Origin: Octopus sinensis
Taxonomy: Eukaryota
Direction: 5' to 3'
DNA length: 64,000 nt
NCBI RefSeq assembly: GCF_006345805.1
Contig: NC_043005.1
Coordinates: 106,330,001-106,394,000 of the forward strand
In this document: one piece after another, positions 54,170 through 64,000 of the stretch
Position numbering within the stretch: the first letter of the stretch is position 1
Layout of the letters: the number at the start of each line of letters is the position of its first letter
Notes under the pieces: generated by a model
Database searches by the model: none
What the model was told of the DNA's origin: nothing
The model's input: only the letters and a program-made list of their open reading frames with translations
Program-made: the position numbers and the translations under genes

Positions 54170-54577
54170 GGGAGTAGCGCAATATTCTATTTTGACCTTC
54201 TTTTGAGGTTTGTATAGATCCAGAAATTATTGAAGAGAAGGGTCAGCGTTTAAGATGTACTATTAAGTTTAGGATGTACTTTGGTGATACTTATAACTAG
54301 CATTAAATGCATTTGTAGAAAGCCATCAGACAGACATCCCACTGCGTCTCAAGCATATGCATCAGCTCAATAAAAACAAATGAATAAGTATTCTCTCAGT
54401 GTTTTTAATTCCATCAGCCATTACTTAACCTTATCATTGAAAGAGCCTTGTCCAAATTGTCCCCATTTGCTTTTACTCTTTGCAACAACCAGACTGATGG
54501 TTAGAAATCATCTTAAATTTTATATCTGTTGTTGTTAATGCTGACCAGCTCCATTTATGCTACTTTTGATAAACGGA

Positions 54578-55610
54578 TTCATCCATCCATTTTCTTCATT
54601 CACCATTCCTGGAAGGGTTGTAGTGGTAGAGTCCTCAGGTATTTTCTCTATAAGATTCTCTCAGAAGCAGCCATCCTTACTCTTTCCAGCTGGATTCCCA
54701 AGCATAACCAATCGATACTCTCTCATTATTGGCCTACTCCTATGTCTCCTGCTGGTTAACTTAGCTTGAAGAATCCCTCTAACGATTCTTTTCTAAGACA
54801 TTCTAATCACATGTCCACAGTACCAGAGCTGGAACCTCTCAATGCAGAGAAGTAGCAGCTGAGCTAGAGAGGCTTCTTGATCTCCAAGATATTCATCCTG
54901 TCAAGTGACTCTACTCCAGAAATCCTTTGGAGAACCCTACTTCAGCCCTTTGTATTCATGATTGTGCATTTCTAGTCATTGCCCAACATTCGTGACAATA
55001 AATTCGATGATTGGCATCCGTGCTAGCGGGGTGCAAAGCGCACCATACGAGTGTGATCGTTGACAGAGCGGCTAACTGGCTTCTGTGCCAATGGCACATA
55101 AAAGGCGCCATTCGAGTGTGATCGTTACCAGCGTCGCCTTACTGGCACTTGAGCCCCGTGATAGTAGGGTGCTAAGAGCACCATCCAAGCATGATCGTTG
55201 TCAGAGTGGCTAACTGGCTTCCATGCCGGTGGCACGTGAAAGGCACCATTCGAGCGTGATTGTTACCAGCAACGCCTTACTGGCACCTGTGCCGGTGGCA
55301 TGTGTAAACAGTTTTGAGCGAGGTCGTTGCCAGTACCACCTGACTGGCCCCCATGCCGGTGGCATGTAAAAGCACCCACTACACTCTCAGAGTGGTTGGC
55401 GTTAGGAAGGGCATCCAGCTGTAGAAACTCTGCCAGATCAAGATTGGAGCCTGGTGCAGCCATCTGGTTCGCCAGCCCTCAGTCAAATCGTCCAACCCAT
55501 GCTAGCATGGAAAGCGGACGTTAAATGATGATGATGATGATGATGATGATGAAGTGAGGATAGGCATGGAATCCAAACTGAAGATAGAAAGTTAGGGATT
55601 CTTACCAGCT
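54578..55610 (-). pseudogene. RTE (Expander/Rex3-like) LINE 3' fragment interrupted by a family B element
   Basis: PILT|YCHECWAMT, IERFQLWYCGHVIRM and RRHRSRP; (GATG)n-like tail at 54578. Confidence 0.75.
55003..55551 (+). mobile_element. Longest family B copy, with about five 5' subrepeats
   Basis: gcaccat.cgag.gtgatcgtt near 55040, 55105, 55178 and 55243; (GAT)n tail. Confidence 0.88.
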
Positions 55611-55685
55611 GTTCCTCTTTTGAGCTTTGATAGATTAAACCTCCAAAATGTTTGAATATATTGATAGATAAAATGTTAACTACGT

Positions 55686-56082
55686 AGGAGTGGTTGTGTG
55701 GTAAGTAGCTTGCTTACCAACCACATGGTTCTGGGTTCAGTAACCACTGCATGGCACCTTGGGCAAGTGTCTTCTACTATAGCCTTGGGCCGACCAAAGC
55801 CTTGTAAGTGGATTTGGTAGACAGAAATTGAAAGAAGCCAGTCATATATATGTATATATACATATGTACGTGTGTGTATATGTTTGTGTGTCTGTCTTTG
55901 TCCCCCCCCCCAACATCGCTTGACAACCGATGCTGGTGTGTTTACGTCTCCATAACTTAGCGGTTCTTCAAAAGAGACTGACAGAATAGGTACTAGGCTT
56001 ACAAAGAATAAGTCCTGGGGGCGATTTGCTTGACTAAAGACGGTGCTCCAGCATGGCCACAGTCAAATGACTGAAACAAGGA
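55686..56082 (+). mobile_element. SINE family A
   Basis: Family A head, body and tail. Confidence 0.9.
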
Positions 56083-56745
56083 GTACATTCATGAACAGGA
56101 AATCGATGTTTATCTTTGCATGAAATAAAACGCTTCTTTACCATAAAACAGTTGATACTCTTTCAAGAGCTCCATGAAGAAATTGAACCAAAGAATCTAG
56201 TAAATATTTTCTAATGCAAAATAATAAAAATCGTGTTAGAGTCCCAATAAGAAGAGCAAATAAATACTTGTATGAAACTAAATCACATAATATACCCTTC
56301 TTTAGAATATAAAATAACTCAGGCTTTTACTCTCAGGACAAATGTATTGACACCTTTGTTTGATGCTGTACTGTGAAACTTCAATAGGAATGGCTTAGAA
56401 TCAATGAAGTAATCTCTATTATGTCACAAAAGTTCATTATCCAAAAGTCACCAACTCTGGCATAATTTGAACTCACAGCCTCAGAATTCAAATTCCACTG
56501 TGAATGATATTGATTCTCATTTTACCATGACAAAAAAAAAAACACAAACTTAAACACAATTCTGTTGTCAGTTCAGCCACTACTAAAGTTTAGTCTCAAT
56601 ATGATAACAGGTTATCAATCCCAGGTTTATTTACCCGAATGACTATTACCAGTATCAAATGTATTGAGTCATAAACAAAGCTTCTGCAACTCAAACAGGC
56701 CATAGCTGGATTAAAATATAATATATATATATATATATATATATG

Positions 56746-56908
56746 ACTATTTTATTATTTCCCCTTCTTTCTAGCTCTCCTGTGTAACCCTCTGTCCGGC
56801 ATTCGCCATGATTGATTGCTAGCCACTAAAACATTTTTATTTTCTCTCCCTGTTTATTTCTGTGTTCCTTTCTGTCGAAGAGCATAGGCTCGAAATGTAA
56901 AGGACTTC
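56746..56908 (+). mobile_element. Microsatellite-embedded element fragment, same family as 7846-8005
   Basis: Lies between (TA)n and (TG)n tracts; ttttctctccctgtttatttctgtgttcctttctg is shared. Confidence 0.6.
56867..56903 (+). ncRNA. Candidate minimal type I hammerhead ribozyme with a variant core
   Basis: cttt CTGTCGA A GAG catagg CTC GAAA T GTA aagg; stem II and a short stem I can pair. Confidence 0.4.
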
Positions 56909-57230
56909 TGTGTGTGTGTATGTGTGCGTACATATATACATATATATATAAGGGTGGATATATATATCTGTATATATGTATGTATATATGCATAAATAGC
57001 ATGAAATATTTAAATATTTAAGAACACTTATATAAAAAGAAGAAAAAAGACGGTAAGAGGAACAAATTTTTGTCCAATTGCAATTGTTATATGTATCTGA
57101 TCCTCACGAATTGAATTGGTTTAATAGGCAAAAAGATGAATTGAAAATATGAGAGTATGGACGATGATAAGGGGGAAGGCAGAAGAGAAGAAGGAGTAGA
57201 TGATGGTGATGATGTTGGTGGCCATCATCG

Positions 57231-57274
<44 letters not shown>

Positions 57275-57496
57275 GTCATCATCCACTTAAGCATTATAAC
57301 TATGATTATGATGAGGTTGATTGAGGAGATATGATGTATGGTGATGATGATGAGTATGATGATGATGAGAGCAATGACGACAACCTTATATGAAGACAAC
57401 GACAACGACCACAATGACAATGATGCTGACGGTAGTAGTGGTGGTGGTGGTGGTATTAGTGGTCTCCTAACGTAACTGCTTCTAATAACGATCCCA

Positions 57497-57536
<40 letters not shown>

Positions 57537-58822
57537 GCAATGATTGTGAGGGTGTAGTGGTAGTGTCAGTTGTGGTAGCAGTCTATTCATATATGACATC
57601 AATTACGTTATATGCTATTACTGCAGAAAAACGTGACATATTAAGCCACAGACTCACAGACACTCCCATACATATACAAACACATTCACAAAATGGGGAA
57701 ATCAGATATATATATATATAAAGACATGCATGCATTTAAAAATAAAAGATATAAATTTGAAAGAAAGTTCTGTATGAAGCATTTCAAGATAACAAAAAAA
57801 TGCAAAATAACAATAATAAACTGAATTGCTATCTAATTAATAAAAGAAAATAAATTGCCAAATTAAGCAACGAACAACACTAAAATGAATTAGTTTAAGT
57901 TGAAATTTATGCAAAGTTCTACGAAATACTGGATAACAAATATTTCATACAAGGGATCATAGTAATAATAATGATGATAAAAAAAATAAAAAAATAATAA
58001 TAATAATAATATTTTTTTTTTATATTGATGTATTTTATTTTAATTTTTCTTCTTTATTTTTCATCCTTAATGAAGGTATTTTAGTGAATTAATACAGAAT
58101 TTTTTTCTCAAAACTAAAAATTTAACTCAATGGAATAAACATACAAATGCAATAAATAATAATGATGATAGTAACAACAACAAGAATAATAATGATAATG
58201 ATAAATATTAAAAAGATAAAAAAAAATTGGATAAATTTAAAATGAATTGGACGTATTTTTTCTTTCTTTCTCTCTGGCAATTTGATTGATTTATCAAGGA
58301 CCCTGGATAATATTTGTGTTATTATGAGAACCCGTGAGAAATGGCTTTATTTGCAAAATGGTGGGAAAAAATGTATTGAATTTGAAGTGAGATAATTTAA
58401 AATCATAAAAAAATTCCTCTCCTCTCAAAAATGAAGTAAAACAACAAGGATAAAATGGTGAGAATAAATTAAGAAAATAAACGAATAAATAAAACGAGAT
58501 TTAAAAAGATATTAAGGGAAGATGAATTCAACAACAACAACAACAACTATAACAACATTGCGAAAATCCTGATTAAGCTTGGTAATCTATAATTTCGTTA
58601 AATGATGCTAATTAAAATATCAAAAAAAAAAAAATATATATACAAAAGCAATCTCAAAAAAGCTACAACACTGGCAACTACAGCAGCACTGACACAAAAA
58701 CTAAACAAAAACATACACACCACACACACACACACATACAGTCTGTCTCTCTCTCAAACATGCATACGTACATATATACATATATACATACACTCATATA
58801 TACATGCATTTATATATACATA

Positions 58823-59194
58823 TACTCTTTTACTTGTTTCAGTGATTTGACTGTGGTCATGCTGGAGTACCGCTTTTAGTCGAGAAAATCGACCCCAGGA
58901 CTTATTCTTTGTAAGCCTTAGTACTTATTCTATCGGTCTCTTTTGCCGAACCGCTAAGTGACGGGAACGTAAACACACCAGCATCGGTTGTCAAGCGATG
59001 TTGGGGTAGGGACAAACACAGACACACACACACATATATACATATATACGACGGTCTCTTTTCAGTTTCCGTCTACCAAATCCACTCACAAGGCTTTGGT
59101 CGGCTCGAGGCCCAAGGTGCCACACAGTGGGACAGAACCCGGAACCATGTGGTTCATAAGCAAGCTACTTACCACACAGCCACTCCTACGCCTA
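58823..59194 (-). mobile_element. SINE family A
   Basis: Family A sequence with a small internal deletion. Confidence 0.9.
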
Positions 59195-59222
59195 TATATA
59201 AAACTTAACATCTATAACAACA

Positions 59223-59277
<55 letters not shown>

Positions 59278-59730
59278 ACTACTACTACTACTACTACAGC
59301 AGTAAGAAATATTACCATCAACGTGAACAACTACAACAATAAGGATATCAAGAACATCACTAACACCACCACCAACTACACCAATATCAACAAGGACACT
59401 AATAACAGCAATTACAACAACAACAACCACAATAAAAACAGGAGCATCGTCAGCATCAGCATCACTATCACCATCACCTACAAGATGGCTAAGAAGTCTT
59501 TATATGACCAGTAGCAGCGAGATTGCCTTCATGTTGCTCATTCTACATATCTGGGTAATGTGGTTTTGGGTTTCTCACAAAAAAAGGAAAAGGATAGGAT
59601 GGTCACAGCTGGAATCGTTTTGCTTACGGATCGGTTCAGTTTGTGTTTACGTTGGCCTAAACACCAATAAGGAAGAAACCTCAACTGCGGCCCCATTGGT
59701 CTTAACAACAACAGCAAGGACGGGAGATAT

Positions 59731-60095
59731 ACTCTTTACTCTTTTTACTCTTTTACTTGTTTCAGTCATGCTGGAGCACCGCCTTTAGTCGGGCAAATCG
59801 ACCCCGGGACTTATTCTTTGTAAGCCCAGTACTATCGATCTTTTTTGACGAACCGCTAAGTGACGGGGACGTAAACACACCAGCATTGTTGTCAAGCAAT
59901 GCTAGGGGGACAAACACAGACATACAAACATATACACACATACTTATATATATATACATATATACGACAGGCTTCTACCAAATCCACTCACAAGGCATTG
60001 GTCGGCCCGGGGCTATAGCAGAAGACACTTGCCCAAGATGCCATGCAGTGGGACTGAACCCGGAACCATGTGGTTGGTTATCAAGCTACTTACCT
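59731..60095 (-). mobile_element. SINE family A
   Basis: Family A sequence with several small deletions. Confidence 0.88.
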
Positions 60096-60220
60096 ATATG
60101 CATCTTCAGTAAAAAATCTTAATATTAGCAATGAAAACTTGTACAATTAACAACAACAACGACCACAAAAACAAGAACAGCAACTATATAAAAAAAAACA
60201 AATAAAGAAATAATTAAAAT

Positions 60221-60281
60221 GGCGGTGCCCCAGCATGGCCACAGCTCGTGAGCTGAAACTAGATAAAATAAAAAAGATAAA
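60221..60281 (+). mobile_element. Very short 3' end of a retroposon related to the family A tail
   Basis: ggcggtgccccagcatggccacagctcgtgagctgaaac; flanks aaataattaaaat / aaataataaaaat. Confidence 0.6.
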
Positions 60282-60684
60282 AAATAATAAAAATCAAGGG
60301 ATATTGTAACAAGAATGCTACACTTGCAGAATTTTTAAAAAAGAACAATAATACCATAAAAGAAACAACATCAATAACAACAACGACAGCAATGGCAAAG
60401 CAACAACTATTGAGGGAGGAACAACAACCTTATCAGAATCAACATCAAGATTGAAGGATGAGGAGAAAGGGATAGCAATAATAACAACGATAACATTTAA
60501 CTAGCTGAAGAGTATATATATGTGTGTATGTGCGTGTGTGTGTGTGTGTGTGTATGTATATATATATATGTATATACATATATTTATATTTATATATACA
60601 TATATATATAAAATATATTTATATATATACATACACACACACATATATATTTATATACACACACACACACACATACGCACACAC

Positions 60685-60715
<31 letters not shown>

Positions 60716-61647
60716 TATATACATATATTTAGATACACATACATATATATGTGTATGTGTATTTATATAGCCATATATACACATATACACATACACACAC
60801 ACATATATATATATACACATACATACATATACACATACACACACACAAAATTAATACATATTTCAAGTTTGATAATAGTAATAAAAGAATCAAATTCAAA
60901 TATAAATCGATATAATTTTTAAGTGTGACTTCATTAGTTTCCAATGATGTGTTACCGAATTATTTTTACAACTTTTCGTATTTTCTCTTATTTTACTTTA
61001 TTTTTGCGTATGTATGTTCGTGTGTGCTCGTTCATTTGTGTGTATGTCGTCTGTGTCTGTGCGTGTAGAGGTAGTGCAATTAAGAACGAAGAAAAATGCC
61101 TTAAAAACGCGTTTTTTTTAAAAATTCTTTTTAAATACAAAACTCAAAAGCAAACTACAAAGAAGACAGCTTAACATAACACAAACCACAGAAACCACAA
61201 GAACAGCGATAATAAAAGCATCTCCCTCACCACATTAAAAACAAAAAAAACCCCCAAAAATATATATATAAAAAAATCAATAAATAAATGACGTATTCCA
61301 CAAGCTACAATTTTACATATTTTGAACATCACTTTAACTAAAATAAAATAATATAAAATTGTCTCTATTTTTTCCCACCTCTACTATCTCCATTATCTTC
61401 AGCATCGCAACCTTTATATTTAATGAAGTAAATTTTACTAAAAAAACAAAACAAATATAACACAACTTTGTTATTTATTCCTACATGTTTGTATTTAGTA
61501 TTACGTTATTAGCTTGGTGTTTCTTCATTTTAATTATTCATAGGTTTATTTATTTATCTATCTATTTTCTCTACCCATCATGTGTGTATGTATACACATA
61601 CACACAGACACACAGACACACAGACACACACACACACACACACACAC

Positions 61648-61681
<34 letters not shown>

Positions 61682-62842
61682 CATACATACACACAAACAC
61701 AAGTGTGAGTTATGTGTGTATATAGGTTAACATATATGTGTATATGTGAATCATTTATGTGTATATATATGTATATATATGTGCATCTATCTATCTATTA
61801 TCTATCCATCTATCTATACATATATTATATTATATATATATATATATATATATGAAGATGTATGTATATATGTATGCACGTGTATATATATACAAACACA
61901 CACACATATATATGTACCTATATATTTTTAGGATTTTTAATCTAGTTAGTCTTAGCCATCAATTTTAGACTATAATCCGTTTTGTATGCTTATTTAAAAA
62001 AAATATAAAAAGAAGATTAAAAATTAATGAATACACACACATACACACACATATATACACACATATACACACAAGTGCATACATACATAAAATGCGTTAA
62101 AATTGACAGGGAGAGAAAGATGTAAAACGATAATATTAAAAATAATGATAAAATGAAAAAAAAAATGTCTGAAATCCTTCTGTAAACCCATAAAAATAAT
62201 AAATAAAATGAATATGAAATTTTAAACATGATATTAGAAAAATATATGAATAAAATTTAAAAATGTAAATTGGTAGCAAGTGTGACACATTTCTCTTATC
62301 TGGTTTATTGGCTGTTGTTTGTAGCTCTTCTTTGGATTCGTGTATGTTAAAGTGTATGTGCCCGTATGTGGTGGAGTTTAAGTGTCTGTATCTGTGCATA
62401 TGCGCACGCACGCACATGATATATTCATGTGTTCGAGTATGTGTGTGTTTGCTTGTTTTAGTATACGCCTGTATGTATATGTGTATGAAATATGAGATTT
62501 ACTTCGAATATGAGAGTACAGATGTATGTGAATGCCTTCTTTATAGTTTGATGTGCTTATGCACTCTGAGAGAATGTGTTCGTATGGATGAGTGTGTACA
62601 TGCGTGTAGTTGTAAGTGTGTGTGTGTCCACAGTTTATCGCGTTATTATTATTATTAGTTAACAAAGCCTACTGTTGCACTCAATATTATAGTGTAGATA
62701 CACACATTTGAAACACCAAAACCGCCTTCAACAAGCTTCGCTGTATCTGATACAACCGTCCTTCTCCTTTTTGTTCTATCATCGTCCTAAATATCTCTCA
62801 GGCTCCCCCTCACAGAGCCCACACGAAACACCGACCCAATAA

Positions 62843-63075
62843 TTTATTTCTTTATTGCCCACAAGGGGCTAAACATAGAGGGGACAAACAAGGACAGACA
62901 AAGGGATTAAGTCGATTACATCGACCCCAGTGTGTAACTGGTACTTATTTAATCGACCCCGAAAGGATGAAAGGCAAAGTCGACCTCGGCGGAATTTGAA
63001 CTCAGAACGTAACGGCAGACGAAATACCGCTAGGCAGTTCGCCCGGCGTGCTAACGATTGTGCCAGTTCACCGAC
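62843..63075 (-). mobile_element. SINE family C, near consensus
   Basis: Complete body with CpGs retained. Confidence 0.9.
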
Positions 63076-64000
63076 CCAATAACATCTCCTGTCTGCTACT
63101 GGTATCGTCATTCGACAGATTTGAAGCTGATCATTAATGCCCATCGAGTCCACCGATCTTAAAAGGAAGAACTGTTTCAAAAATCATAGATCATGGCCAC
63201 TGAGCCCATTCTTCCATTTTTTAAATATCAAGAATAGTAATTATTGCTCTGATGAGTAAAACTAAAACATTATGATTCAGTTTTAACTGTATAAATAATG
63301 TGTGGCTGTCACTGAAATATAACAGATTGTACGAGAGTAACAGGTGCAAGTACGACTGTATAGTCAACAATTTGGCTTTGCAACTACATGATGTCGAGTT
63401 CGATCCACGGCACAAAACCTTGAGCAAGTGTCTTTTACCAGAGCTTCTTGTGGACCAAAAATTTCGAAATGATAATTAGAGAAGGAAAACTGTGTTAAGG
63501 CCTCGTTCTTTGATGGTAATTCCTCACCTGGTGTAACACAACTAACTATTCATTGAGTGCTTTAATTGGAGCCGTTATTAGAGCCTTGCTTTAAGAATAT
63601 CACGAAAGGTTTGGGTGGAGGACACACTTTCGAGTTCTTCTACAGGGCTTAGAAAACCTGTAATGCCGCTGCAATAAGTGTGTGAATCTGAGAGGAGAAT
63701 ATGTTGAATAAAATCATAATTAGCTGTTCCTCCTGTTTAACCCAAAGTCAGGATTCTTTCAGTACCCCGTCGTATTAATTTATTGCTATTTCGAATCATG
63801 TAAAGCGTAGACAACACTGCATGATATAGGCGCAATACTGCAGAGGAGTAGGGGCCGAAACCGGACGTGGTTCCTCCTCATGATGTCTTGAGCTAACTGG
63901 ATCCTATAAAAGAGCTGTTGTGGTAGCAGACCACGAAACACGGTTGAAATTCCTCTGATAGAAAGGAAAATAGCGAGACATTGAATCATACGTAAAGCAA

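Noticed and set aside
55003-55400. CRISPR-like repeat-spacer array
   Set aside because: Eukaryotic context, the spacers themselves repeat (A-B-A-B), it is part of a dispersed tailed retroposon, and there are no cas genes

Overview
AT-rich eukaryotic, essentially non-coding DNA saturated with (TA)n, (TG)n, (TATC)n, (CTA)n, (GAT)n and (GA)n microsatellites. The repeat content resembles what I know of octopus (coleoid cephalopod) genomes; this is an inference, not a database result. I find no intact protein-coding gene; nearly all ORF-track entries are microsatellite or SINE translations. Supported features: about 35 copies of five SINE-like families (my own labels A-E), decayed RTE-clade LINE fragments, two mariner relics, and piggyBac-, hAT-, Tc1- and Helentron-type non-autonomous elements, several nested with intact target-site duplications, plus local tandem duplications. 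The most interesting signal is a set of non-coding elements abutting (TA)n tracts (5862, 7846, 9600, 18693, 26948, 27655, 29450, 56746). They show fold-back or inverted architecture, terminal RNA helices that covary between diverged families, and hammerhead-ribozyme core motifs. This suggests microsatellite-targeting, Penelope-like non-autonomous retroelements with structured and possibly catalytic RNAs. All pairings and boundaries were read by eye, and coordinates of degenerate repeats are approximate.
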